Positions 30,387 through 40,538 of a stretch of 64,000 nucleotides of DNA are shown here, piece by piece (the first letter of the stretch is position 1; each line of letters opens with the position of its first letter). Source of the stretch: Bacilli bacterium (lineage in GTDB: Bacteria > Bacillota_I > Bacilli_A > RF39 > UBA660); assembly GCA_017404385.1 (NCBI GenBank), contig JAFRCK010000014.1, positions 18,588 through 82,587 on the forward strand, written 5' to 3'. Both the position numbers and the translations under genes were made by a program. The notes beneath the pieces were generated by a model. That model ran no database searches. It was not told where the DNA came from and saw only the letters and a program-made list of their open reading frames with translations.

Positions 30387-33300
30387 TTATTTATTTTTAA
30401 AAATCTGTGGTTTATAACGTATAATTATCAATACGCCTAGAATAGCAATTATTCCTATGAATATTAAGCCATATTTAATCTTTTCCATACCAGTTGATAT
30501 AGTTACTATTAACTCAGCACTTGCGCTTGGTTTCTTAACTATTTTTTCAGTTTTTGGTTTATTCGCAATAATTGAATTTCCAACTACTGAACCATCTTCA
30601 CTGACATAGAATACAGCTACATTTAATTCTTTTTTAGGTAATTCCATTCCATTTGGTGCTTTTGTTTCAATTATTATATATTGACCTTCTTCTAAGTAGT
30701 AAACTGTAGCACTACCATTCTTAGTCTTAATTACCTTATTTGTACTATTCTTATCTACCTTATAGAAGATTTTATCTCCACTTACTTCTTCAGTAACTGT
30801 TAAATCTTCATATTTCTTATTTTGATTTAATTTTTGAAGTTTATATTCTCCTCCATCAATTAAATTATTATAATCATCATATTTATAGAAAGTAAATGGT
30901 GTTGGTTTATTAACAAGTTCTTTTAATGTATCAACTATTTCACTTTCTTTTTCTATAGTTACCATTATGAATCTATCTTCTTCTTTTTCAGGTAAACTAT
31001 AACCTTTTGGAGCTTTTACTTCTTCTATAATATAACAATGACCATAATCTAAATATTGAATTAATATTTCACCTGCTTTTATCTCAACCTTTTCATTATT
31101 TTGATTAACACTATTATCAAAATTTGCCCATGTATCAACATATTCTGAATAAGTAAGTGAAGTATCAATATCGCTACATTTATCATTTTCTTTATCAGTA
31201 CATGTAATTACTTTATCCGTGTCCCTTATTTCTCTATTATCATATACTCCATCTCGTATAGTTTTTAATTTTAGAAGTTCTTTTGGTTGAGCCATTGGAG
31301 ATAAATTCTTATCACAAGTTGTACCTTCATAAATTCTAAATTCTGCTCCCTCTAATAAATTTCCAGAATCATCATATTTTCTTATTAATAATGAAGTTGG
31401 TTTATTAGGAACATCTATTTCATCAACTTGTACTGTTTCAGTAGATACAGTAAATGAGCTTTCAGCATTTCTTCCTTTTGGTAATCTATATCCTTTTGGA
31501 GCTACTGTCTCTAGTAAAACATAATTATATCCACCTTGTAGATATCTAAATACTAATTTACCATGATATGGATGTAAATCAGTAACATTATCAGTTTCTT
31601 TTTCTATATTAAGTATTGCTCTATATACTTCAACATTAGGATCTTCTTCATCACCAGTTATAATTCCTCTTTGATTAAATTTAATTAGTGTCATTCCAGC
31701 AGCTTGTCTTTCAGCAGCATTAACATAATCCCCAGGGTGACATTCTTGACCTTCTGGACATCTATATACTTCAAATGTAGTTGTTTCATCATCTATTAAA
31801 TAACCATATTTGCTATCTCTCTTTTCAAAAGTAACTCTAGATGGTTTATCTAATATTTCTACTGTTGTTGATGGTTTTGGTTGATCTTGATCATCACAAC
31901 ATGATAAATCTATTTCTCTAGTTCTTTCTTCTTCAGTTTCTGGTAATATAAATACTGATTTACCAGTAACAGCAACTTCTTCTATATAGTATTTTCTTCC
32001 TCTACATAGATGAGTTAAATGTATATGTCCTCCACAAGTATGTAATTCTTGTGTTATAGTTAAATCACTTATTAATGAACTATCTGTGCCTTCAGGAATA
32101 TATCTATATTCTGAATAACTTTCTTCAGTCTTACAAGTTCCTACATCTCCAACTTTAGCAAAATCAACATATACTTTTTCATTATTTTGTCCTCTATAAT
32201 AAACCTTGAATGTTATTCCATCAAACGCACTTATTTCTTCTTCATTTTCAAATTTTACTTCTTCATTTGGAATTACATTTCCATAGAAATCTTTCTTAGT
32301 AAATTCTACTTCAGTTGGTCTATTATCCAATGTTTGAGTAGCAACAGTTGTTATTTCACATACATTATTACCTAGTTCATCTTTACCTGTAGATTGACTT
32401 GTTGAACATTTATCAATAGTAAATGAATAACTATTTGTGTTGTTACCATACTTAGGTGAATAGAATCCATAACATATATTACTTGATGGACTTGTACATG
32501 TATCTTCACAACAACAATCGTTTTCCTTAATTGTATATTTACCTACTGGTAAATGATATACATATATTTTTCTTGAACTATTTAAGTTCAATGTTGTAGT
32601 TGGAGTTCCAGTTACTCCATCTATATTATTTCCAGCATATTCATATACGCCATCAGATGTTTTGATAACACTTACTGCATTACCATTACTATCATATATT
32701 GTAAATGGTATTTTCTTTAATTCTTCTGTTGACATTGTTTTCCAAATGTCATCTAAACCATTTTCTTCACTAACTGTTTTAGTAAATTCAAATTCTGTTT
32801 TATAGTTTTTATATTTTTCAGCATCATTAAATGATTTTCTTGATTTACTAGAATCATTAACAATAAATGTCTTAGTTGTTTCTTCACCAAATGTATGGTA
32901 ATCAAGTGGTTTAGTTTCTGTTACTTTATAAGTTTCAGCAGGAAGTTTTACTATACATACTTCACCTATATTTACGCCATTAGATTCATCTGTTGTACTC
33001 GAAACTAATTTAGATGCTTCTGATTTATTTGTTGTTTCACCATCATATATATAGCACCCTTTATTACCATTTTCATTTTCTTTTTCTGATTTTACTTTTA
33101 TATATTGAGTAGTATCATTTTCACCAACATAAGAAGCAATAAATTCAGCTCCTCCTTTAGGAGTTTCACCATCTTCTAATACCTTATAAAAATTCATTAC
33201 TAATGGCGTATTAATTAATTTATTACAATCTGATGATGATGTACATGTTTTTCCTTTTATACTAGTTTGTGGTTTAATGCCTGTTATTTGTCCATTTTCA

Positions 33301-35078
33301 AATGCATAACCATCTAACGATCTTAATTCCTTTGCTTTATAAGATGTATCATTATTTATTTTAGGAATTTGTACTATACAAATTCTTCCATTAGAATCAG
33401 TCTTTAATGTTGAACCTGAAGTTGTTTCATCTCTATATATATAGCATCCATCATCATCAGGTGTAGAATATACTCTAACATAATTTGATGATCCAGTTGC
33501 CTGAACTTTAAATTTAATATCAGATAATGGTTCCCCCTTCTCATTTTCTTTATAGAAAGAAATATAATAAGGTGAGTTTGTTACAGTCACTTTTTTACAA
33601 GTAGAAGTACTTCCAGTTACTATCTCTCTACATGTACCATCTATTTTATACTTTGTACTTTCTGCACCAGACCAAGATTCTTTTGCATAATATTTCGTAC
33701 CATTATTTAGTCCAGAGAATTTTGCAATTCCACTAGCATTAGTTTGTTTAGTTTGTAATACAGTTCCACTACAATTGTTTGTAGAATCATCATCACCATC
33801 ATCTTCATACAAGTTAAAAGTTACTCCTTCAAGATTATTACCTTGACCATCAGTTTTTGTAATAGAAATACAGCCATTATTTTCAATATCATTAGTTGCC
33901 GTTACTCTCTTATAGTATACTTCAACAGTACTATCATACTTATAACCTGATTGTGAACCTAGATTAATAACTCCATACACACATTTTCCATTTAAATCTG
34001 GATCTGAAGATGGACAGGCATTAGATTCGTTCTCAGTATCAGTTGTAGTTGTGACATTATACTCGACCGTATAATAAGTATCGGTACCTGTTTTTTTTGC
34101 AGGTTTTTCCCAAATACAATATTTACCTTTTGGATCGAGTAAAGCTTCATATTCTACATTACTACCTGAACCAGTTCTTTTTAGTCCTAAATAATAATGG
34201 CTTCCCGAATGATATCCAGTGTTAGCATTATTTGATGCAGCAACTAAATGAGAAGCATCATGAAGATCCTCACATTTTCCGTTATTTGCTTTATATAATT
34301 TAAATATTCTTTCTTCACCATCATCATCAGCTGAATCCTCATAAGCTTTAACTACATCTATATATACTTTTGGTTCTTCATAAGTCCAAAATATAATATC
34401 TTGATAATTTGTTGATGATGTATCATTGCTTGTATAATATACTTTAAAATTTGCAAATTTCTTTTTGTCTAATACCAATCCGTTTTCAGCATAATGTTCT
34501 GATAATTGATTTTGCATAACTTGTAAACCATCTAATTGAGCAGCAGTTAATCCTCTATCTCCTTGGTATCCTCTACCATGATATGCCAAAGCTATAAGAG
34601 CATGTGAATATGCATATAATTGATTATCACTCTCTGTCTCAGAATCAGTCATTATATTATTGCTTTTAAATAACCCTATTATTGTATCCTTATTTTCTTC
34701 CCAACCAGGACCACCATATAAGAAATATAAAAAATACTTATGTCTAGTTTCATTCCATTTTATTAAATCACCATCATTGTTATATGATTCTGTATGACCT
34801 GTAATAGTTTGATTACCTGGTGCTTTTTCATTAGGGTCTAGACAAAATGCATTATTTGTTCCTAAATCATTTGGAACATTTGTAACGCTAAATACTGGTG
34901 TCCATCCTTTAGGATCTCTATGACCATATTTAATTTGAGAAATTTTAGTATTGTGATATAAATATCCTGTAATAGTTTCATCTTCTGCATTAACACTACC
35001 AATATTTAATGCAAATGCAGTAATTAATAGACCTATTATTGTAATACCTAAAATTATAAATTTTAATTTCTTTTTCAT
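30387..35078 (-). CDS. Giant (1563 aa) cell-surface adhesin: signal peptide, candidate thioester (TED-like) N-terminal domain, ~8 Cna-B/SpaA-like stalk domains, C-terminal TM anchor (no LPXTG)
   Basis: Signal MKKKLKFIILGITIIGLLITAFALNIGSVNA. Motif NNAFCLDPNEKAP (Cys79) and downstream NYQDIIFW, reminiscent of TED CxQ/TQxAIW motifs. Repeated modules with G(A/V)xFxIY(E/K) and Y(x)LxExxAPxGY(x)LP signatures. C-terminal hydrophobic helix plus RYKPQIFKNK. Confidence 0.6.
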   Translation of the reverse strand: MKKKLKFIILGITIIGLLITAFALNIGSVNAEDETITGYLYHNTKISQIKYGHRDPKGWTPVFSVTNVPNDLGTNNAFCLDPNEKAPGNQTITGHTESYNNDGDLIKWNETRHKYFLYFLYGGPGWEENKDTIIGLFKSNNIMTDSETESDNQLYAYSHALIALAYHGRGYQGDRGLTAAQLDGLQVMQNQLSEHYAENGLVLDKKKFANFKVYYTSNDTSSTNYQDIIFWTYEEPKVYIDVVKAYEDSADDDGEERIFKLYKANNGKCEDLHDASHLVAASNNANTGYHSGSHYYLGLKRTGSGSNVEYEALLDPKGKYCIWEKPAKKTGTDTYYTVEYNVTTTTDTENESNACPSSDPDLNGKCVYGVINLGSQSGYKYDSTVEVYYKRVTATNDIENNGCISITKTDGQGNNLEGVTFNLYEDDGDDDSTNNCSGTVLQTKQTNASGIAKFSGLNNGTKYYAKESWSGAESTKYKIDGTCREIVTGSTSTCKKVTVTNSPYYISFYKENEKGEPLSDIKFKVQATGSSNYVRVYSTPDDDGCYIYRDETTSGSTLKTDSNGRICIVQIPKINNDTSYKAKELRSLDGYAFENGQITGIKPQTSIKGKTCTSSSDCNKLINTPLVMNFYKVLEDGETPKGGAEFIASYVGENDTTQYIKVKSEKENENGNKGCYIYDGETTNKSEASKLVSSTTDESNGVNIGEVCIVKLPAETYKVTETKPLDYHTFGEETTKTFIVNDSSKSRKSFNDAEKYKNYKTEFEFTKTVSEENGLDDIWKTMSTEELKKIPFTIYDSNGNAVSVIKTSDGVYEYAGNNIDGVTGTPTTTLNLNSSRKIYVYHLPVGKYTIKENDCCCEDTCTSPSSNICYGFYSPKYGNNTNSYSFTIDKCSTSQSTGKDELGNNVCEITTVATQTLDNRPTEVEFTKKDFYGNVIPNEEVKFENEEEISAFDGITFKVYYRGQNNEKVYVDFAKVGDVGTCKTEESYSEYRYIPEGTDSSLISDLTITQELHTCGGHIHLTHLCRGRKYYIEEVAVTGKSVFILPETEEERTREIDLSCCDDQDQPKPSTTVEILDKPSRVTFEKRDSKYGYLIDDETTTFEVYRCPEGQECHPGDYVNAAERQAAGMTLIKFNQRGIITGDEEDPNVEVYRAILNIEKETDNVTDLHPYHGKLVFRYLQGGYNYVLLETVAPKGYRLPKGRNAESSFTVSTETVQVDEIDVPNKPTSLLIRKYDDSGNLLEGAEFRIYEGTTCDKNLSPMAQPKELLKLKTIRDGVYDNREIRDTDKVITCTDKENDKCSDIDTSLTYSEYVDTWANFDNSVNQNNEKVEIKAGEILIQYLDYGHCYIIEEVKAPKGYSLPEKEEDRFIMVTIEKESEIVDTLKELVNKPTPFTFYKYDDYNNLIDGGEYKLQKLNQNKKYEDLTVTEEVSGDKIFYKVDKNSTNKVIKTKNGSATVYYLEEGQYIIIETKAPNGMELPKKELNVAVFYVSEDGSVVGNSIIANKPKTEKIVKKPSASAELIVTISTGMEKIKYGLIFIGIIAILGVLIIIRYKPQIFKNK

Positions 35079-35104
35079 AATAAACTCCTTTCTTTATTTA
35101 TATA

Positions 35105-35140
35105 TCTAGAAATATACTATTCAAATAGTATATTTCTAGA
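35105..35140. repeat. 36-bp perfect palindrome (17-bp arms, 2-nt centre) between the two giant genes, overlapping the stop of the upstream gene
   Basis: tctagaaatatactatt-ca-aatagtatatttctaga. Seen directly. Not followed by a U-run on the minus strand. Confidence 0.7.
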
Positions 35141-38100
35141 GTTTACTTTAATAACAGGTCTTACTTCTTTAAGTGCAGAAGCAATATCTGATTGAATACC
35201 TGATGTACTAACGTACGAAGCTTTATTGTATACTGAAGTCCCAGCTGTAGGTACTCCATACATATCATAAACTGGTCTTGTATCATCAGAACTTTCTAAC
35301 CAATATGGTTGAGATCCTGTAAGCCATTCTATATTACTTAATGAACTATTTGTTATTCTTGTATATTCTTCTATTGTTAATAACCTAACTCTTGATTTAA
35401 CAAAATCTCCTGATTGACAAGTTCCTGAAATACTACCACCATATGATGCTATATCTAGTCCAGAAGCATCATTACATACATAATTATCTTTTAATATTCC
35501 ATAATCTAATGCTAAACCATAAATATTATTATTTAAATTACTATTTATATTTGAATCAGCCCATTTATAAACATCATTTGTCGAATTGGTATGTCCGCTT
35601 TTCATTGAAATAGATCCAGAATCAGCAAGTAATGTTATATCTTGAGTTCCATCATCCATATTTTCTGTATTGATAACATGCCATCCTAATCCTGCATAAT
35701 CAATACTATCTCCTATGACATAAGTATTTGAATTATTATATTCACTTTCAGTTGGTTTTTCATTTGGTTTATAAGGGGCCATATCAGCAATTGAAACAGT
35801 ATTTATAAAAGTTTTACCATCTTCTCTAGCTGGCATAAATAATACTATTTGTAAATACTTAGTCTCTCCTGGTTTAATTAATTCAGAATCTAATGTTGTA
35901 GCATATGCCTTTCCATTAACCATTGTCCAACCTTTATTTAATTCTTCGTTTGGATCAAATACTAAACCATCTGGAATACTTTCCTCAAGTTCTGTTACAT
36001 AACCTGGTGTTACTGAATTATTTGTAATTGATATTCCATAATATACTTTAGCTGTTGCTAATTGACTATTTCTAATATCTAACAATACTTTAGATAAATT
36101 ATTATAATCCTTAACAGCTACACTTCCTTTATAGAATAATTCTGTTTTAGTAATATACTTCTTTATATCAAATCCAAAACTATACCTTGGAATTAATCCC
36201 ATATCATAGTTTTCTAATTTTGTTATTTCTCTAGTTAATCTTATACCAAATGGATCATCTGGTGTTCTTTTATTACTAATTCTTGCTACAGTATCAGATA
36301 CTTTATAAGCATCTGAATCTATAGTTTCATTATCTGATGCATATCTTAAAGTTAGATCATATTGTTTTCCATCATAGTTTAAGTCTACATAGTATTTGCC
36401 GACATCCAAATTTTTAAATTCATATCTTCCATCTTTATTAGTAGTAGATTCAGCTACTTTAGTATGTTCTTCTCCATCTACTTTATATAAAGTAACGGGT
36501 ACATTTGATACATACTTATCGCCTTCATCTTGTACTCCATTTTCATTTATATCATTAAATACTTTTCCTGAAATACTTCTTCCTACTACATTAATAGCTA
36601 TCTTATTTGATGTATTCTTACTATATTGAGCATTTCCTCCAATAAAATCATTAATATATTTATCTGAATAATTATTGTTAGTCGGTTTAATTATTACCTC
36701 AATTGCCTCAGTACCTGTATGAGGTTGCATTGATATTTCAGCTACTCTTATAGCTCTTACTGATTTATAATTTTCAGTAATATCACTACACTCTATCCAT
36801 TCATTTTTAGAACTATCTATTTCTTTAGATAACTCTTCATATTTTTGAGTCGAACAATATATTTTTGCTCCTCCTAATGAAGCAGGTACATTTAATTTAA
36901 CTTCATATGTTCCATTAATAACAGAACCATTAGTATCACCATTAGATGGTAATATATCTATTATTTCATAGTCATTTACTATTCTTGTTGTATTATTAAA
37001 TACTTTTAATAAGTAACTAAATTCTGTATTCTTTTCAACTTTAGAACCAGCTGCTCCAACTGTTTGTTCAACAAATACATTTTCAGAGCCATTTGCATAT
37101 ATAGTAAATTCTTTAATTGATTCACCAAATAAACTATTATCAACTTCCTTATTTACATTTAAAGCTCTCATTTGGCTTATAACTACTACTGGTGTAGCAG
37201 GTTCAGAAATCATACTGCTTAATTTTGTTTTAAATTGAATACCACTATTTTCAACATTAGGTTTAGTATATGGTAATTGATATTCTAGATATGTATTATT
37301 ACCCATCTTGTATCTATTAACCAAATACTTATCAGTATCTGCATCTGGAATAAATTCTAACTCTCCAGGTAATTCTACAGCAATACCTACATATTTAACA
37401 AACCAAACATCATCTGCTCCTACTTTTTCATTTTCATCTGTAATAATTGGTTTAATATTATATATAATTGTTTCATTTTCACTTGTATTATATGTTGTTT
37501 TCATTTTTCCATCTGATGTTTTATTCAACACAGAAATTTCTTGATCTGAAGTATAATTAGCTATTCTAATTGAATCAGCATAATCAACATGATTTACATT
37601 TATTACTGAATTGCCATATATTTCTGGTAAAGTATAATTGTTAGGATCAACTACACTTGTTCCATTTGGATAATAATAATGTAATACTGTATCATAATCT
37701 GATGATGATATAACTGTTGCTGCTTGATAAACTCTTGTTATATCAGCAACATTTCTAACTCTTAATTTCACTTTAACATCTATTGTTACATTATCAGGCA
37801 AATTAGTACCTTGATTTGTTTGTATAATTATTTTGGTTATAGGTTTTTCTTTTCCTTGCTCATCTTTAGCATCATTAATCTTTGTATATTCTTCTTCATC
37901 CGTACTTATATTTTTAACACATGGGCTACCATATATATTTAATATTTGATCATTAGATAAATTAGAAAGATTTAAATTAGAGCAAGCAGTTGAAATTGCA
38001 TTTTTATCTTCTTCATTTAATCTTGAGTCTACAGCTATTACTGAATAACTTGAATTATTATAATCACCTGTTAAGAATTTAATTTCAAAATCATCGGCGC

Positions 38101-39679
38101 TTATGTTTTCACATTTTTTATCATCACATGTTAATTCTATATCAACTGATTCTTTGTCGCTGTAATCAAACACTCTAAATGCATTAGGATTAATTTTTAT
38201 TACTTCTTTAATTCCTTCATCAGATGCTGATTTTTTATAGTTGAAAGTTGTTTTATAAATAACATCTGATCCTTTTGATAAAGAACCAACTTTGTTTTCT
38301 GAGTTAATCTTCTTGTCACCGGTATAGAATCCTGTTGAGAAAGAATGATCTCCTGATTGATAATATTCATTTATCGCACTACCAGTTGATGTATTAACTT
38401 GATATGCTGTTTGATTTGTACCAGTAGATACTATTGAATTCATTTCATAGCTAACATTTATATTATTTTTTCCATCTTCATTTACTCTAGGTGAGAATAC
38501 AGTAAATGCATATGTTCCAATATAATATTTATTTTCTATTTCTTGATCTGTACTAGTTAGTACTGGAAAATCATATGTTGGATTATAATTAGCAATTGTT
38601 GTTTTATATTTATTATTTTCTATAACAACACTCATATCTCCAGCTGATTTAACTTCTTTTTGTGTTTTATTTGAATCAGCAGTACTATATGGTGCATTAA
38701 CTAATACTGATTCTATTTCTTCAACTTTATTTGCTCCATATAATCTAGCCCACTCATTTTTTAATACTACTTGATCATTTCCATTTTGCGATATTGTCAT
38801 ATCAAATGTTATGTTTCCAGTAGGTATATCTAATCCCTTAATTCCCTTATAAACATCGCCTTCAACATATAATCCAGAAACTACAGTAACATATCTTCCA
38901 GTTTTATTATCATAAGTAGCTTTTTGACTTTCTGATTCTGATAATGTTTCTGATTTTAATACCGCTTGTTTAGATGATACTACTGTAGGCATATAGTTTG
39001 TAAAATCAGATGTTGATCTATATGTTCCATCATCATAAACATAATTATTTGCTGTTTCTGTATTTTTTCCTAAAGTAATTCCAGCTTCTTGATCTGTACT
39101 TTCTTTAATAGTAAATTTAGGATTAATCATTGTTCCATTTGGTGCTCCTAACACATAAAGCGTAATACTCTTTTGTGAGTTACCCATTGAATCAATTCCG
39201 TCAAAAGAGAATTTATGGCTAGTTTCACCAGCTACAGTTTTTTTATCAAATGAAATATATTTAGCTTCATCTTCTGTTAATTCAACTGTTATGTCTACTA
39301 CTCTATTTTGAAAATCAGAATTTCCTTCTTTAGCAGAAATTAAAAAATCAAAATTATAAGTAATACTATCAAATGATCTTACTATTCTATTTAAACCACT
39401 TGAATCATAACCAGGAAGGAAATCTTCTGTAGAACTTGGATCTAATACTGTATTACCGCTTCCATCATATTGATCGTAGTTTGTACTACCAGTAATAATT
39501 GATTCGATTTTAGCCGTCTTTATTTTTATTTTATTGTCATCCTGATCTGCAAACGCAATTTTATATATAAAAACACTGCATATCACTGCTATTATAAAGA
39601 CAGCCCCTCCTATAAATATTTTTTTCTTTTTATTTTCTTTCATACGCTCACCTATTTTCCTACTTTTTATCATATACAA
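35117..39679 (-). CDS. Giant (1520 aa) secreted surface protein with SdrD-B-like (Cna-B) and DUF11-like domains and an uncharacterised ~200-aa C-terminal domain; no recognisable cell-wall/membrane anchor
   Basis: Signal/anchor MKENKKKKIFIGGAVFIIAVICSVFIYKIAFA|DQ. GKVFNDINENGVQDEGDKYVSNVPVTLYKVDGEE...DGRYEFKNLDVGKYYV matches the SdrD B-repeat pattern. No LPXTG or C-terminal TM. Confidence 0.55.
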   Translation of the reverse strand: MYMIKSRKIGERMKENKKKKIFIGGAVFIIAVICSVFIYKIAFADQDDNKIKIKTAKIESIITGSTNYDQYDGSGNTVLDPSSTEDFLPGYDSSGLNRIVRSFDSITYNFDFLISAKEGNSDFQNRVVDITVELTEDEAKYISFDKKTVAGETSHKFSFDGIDSMGNSQKSITLYVLGAPNGTMINPKFTIKESTDQEAGITLGKNTETANNYVYDDGTYRSTSDFTNYMPTVVSSKQAVLKSETLSESESQKATYDNKTGRYVTVVSGLYVEGDVYKGIKGLDIPTGNITFDMTISQNGNDQVVLKNEWARLYGANKVEEIESVLVNAPYSTADSNKTQKEVKSAGDMSVVIENNKYKTTIANYNPTYDFPVLTSTDQEIENKYYIGTYAFTVFSPRVNEDGKNNINVSYEMNSIVSTGTNQTAYQVNTSTGSAINEYYQSGDHSFSTGFYTGDKKINSENKVGSLSKGSDVIYKTTFNYKKSASDEGIKEVIKINPNAFRVFDYSDKESVDIELTCDDKKCENISADDFEIKFLTGDYNNSSYSVIAVDSRLNEEDKNAISTACSNLNLSNLSNDQILNIYGSPCVKNISTDEEEYTKINDAKDEQGKEKPITKIIIQTNQGTNLPDNVTIDVKVKLRVRNVADITRVYQAATVISSSDYDTVLHYYYPNGTSVVDPNNYTLPEIYGNSVINVNHVDYADSIRIANYTSDQEISVLNKTSDGKMKTTYNTSENETIIYNIKPIITDENEKVGADDVWFVKYVGIAVELPGELEFIPDADTDKYLVNRYKMGNNTYLEYQLPYTKPNVENSGIQFKTKLSSMISEPATPVVVISQMRALNVNKEVDNSLFGESIKEFTIYANGSENVFVEQTVGAAGSKVEKNTEFSYLLKVFNNTTRIVNDYEIIDILPSNGDTNGSVINGTYEVKLNVPASLGGAKIYCSTQKYEELSKEIDSSKNEWIECSDITENYKSVRAIRVAEISMQPHTGTEAIEVIIKPTNNNYSDKYINDFIGGNAQYSKNTSNKIAINVVGRSISGKVFNDINENGVQDEGDKYVSNVPVTLYKVDGEEHTKVAESTTNKDGRYEFKNLDVGKYYVDLNYDGKQYDLTLRYASDNETIDSDAYKVSDTVARISNKRTPDDPFGIRLTREITKLENYDMGLIPRYSFGFDIKKYITKTELFYKGSVAVKDYNNLSKVLLDIRNSQLATAKVYYGISITNNSVTPGYVTELEESIPDGLVFDPNEELNKGWTMVNGKAYATTLDSELIKPGETKYLQIVLFMPAREDGKTFINTVSIADMAPYKPNEKPTESEYNNSNTYVIGDSIDYAGLGWHVINTENMDDGTQDITLLADSGSISMKSGHTNSTNDVYKWADSNINSNLNNNIYGLALDYGILKDNYVCNDASGLDIASYGGSISGTCQSGDFVKSRVRLLTIEEYTRITNSSLSNIEWLTGSQPYWLESSDDTRPVYDMYGVPTAGTSVYNKASYVSTSGIQSDIASALKEVRPVIKVNSRNILFE

Positions 39680-39812
39680 TTATAATACTATTTTTTTCAT
39701 TTTTTTTCAAGAAAAATAACAAAAAAAAGGAAAAAAGGAGAACTCCATAATTAAGCATTTACTTTTTTTATTTGTTGTGTTAAAATTTGATTGAATAATA
39801 GGGAGATAGATT

Positions 39813-40502
39813 ATGGAAAAGAAAAAAGAAACTAATGTTAAAAAAAATGATATAAAAACAACACAAACAGATATAAACATAAGAAAAAAAATGACTGTTG
39901 GGCTTGCAATACTAATACTATTTGTATTTGTATTAATACTAAGATCAACTTTCTTTAAAAATTTTGCAGAAATGCATTTGGATACTAATAAAAAGGAAAT
40001 TTTTTCTATTAAAGATTTAACCGTTGGAAATCTAAAATATGGAAATTCTGAAGAAACAGTAAAAAAAGAATTAGGAAATCCTAAATCTGAAAAAGAAAAA
40101 ATAATTGGTCAATATAATTATAAAATTCTTGAATATAATGGATTAAAAGTAACTCTTAAAGAAAATTATGACAATTATATTCTTACAAAAGTTAATATAA
40201 CATCTAATAAATATACAGGCCCTAGAGATTTAAAAGTCGGAAATAAAATAACAAAGGCATTTAGTAATTTTAATGTAGAAAACTCCACAGGAGCATATTT
40301 ATATGGTAATCATGTAAAAGAGGCGTTAAAACAAAAAGAAGTTACAGAAAATGTATACTTCGGAATCAGAACATCAGAAAATATTTTATATGTTAACAGA
40401 GATGAAATAGTTGATGGAATTAAAACTAATATAGCTAAATTAGATATAAAATATAGTGGTGGAAAAATTAATGAAATAATTTGGTCTTATGACATAGAAT
40501 AA
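39813..40502 (+). CDS. Type II membrane protein of unknown function (convergent with the giant gene)
   Basis: K-rich N-terminus, TM MTVGLAILILFVFVLILRSTFF, ~180-aa extracytoplasmic domain. RBS gggag before the ATG. Confidence 0.4.
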   Translation: MEKKKETNVKKNDIKTTQTDINIRKKMTVGLAILILFVFVLILRSTFFKNFAEMHLDTNKKEIFSIKDLTVGNLKYGNSEETVKKELGNPKSEKEKIIGQYNYKILEYNGLKVTLKENYDNYILTKVNITSNKYTGPRDLKVGNKITKAFSNFNVENSTGAYLYGNHVKEALKQKEVTENVYFGIRTSENILYVNRDEIVDGIKTNIAKLDIKYSGGKINEIIWSYDIE

Positions 40503-40503
40503 A

Positions 40504-40538
40504 TAAAGATACATCATTTGATGTATCTTTTATTTTAA
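40504..40538. terminator. Bidirectional terminator between the 229-aa gene and the WG-repeat paralog B gene
   Basis: 11-bp stem aagatacatca/tgatgtatctt with loop tt, followed by ttatttt. Overlaps the stop of the minus-strand gene. Confidence 0.55.

Noticed and set aside
30387-39679. LPXTG sortase-sorting signals in the two giant surface proteins
   Set aside because: I searched both translations for LPxTG, LPxTA and NPQTN-like motifs near the C-termini and found none. The 1563-aa protein ends in a plain TM helix plus a basic tail, and the 1520-aa protein has no hydrophobic C-terminus. No sortase gene is present in the window.
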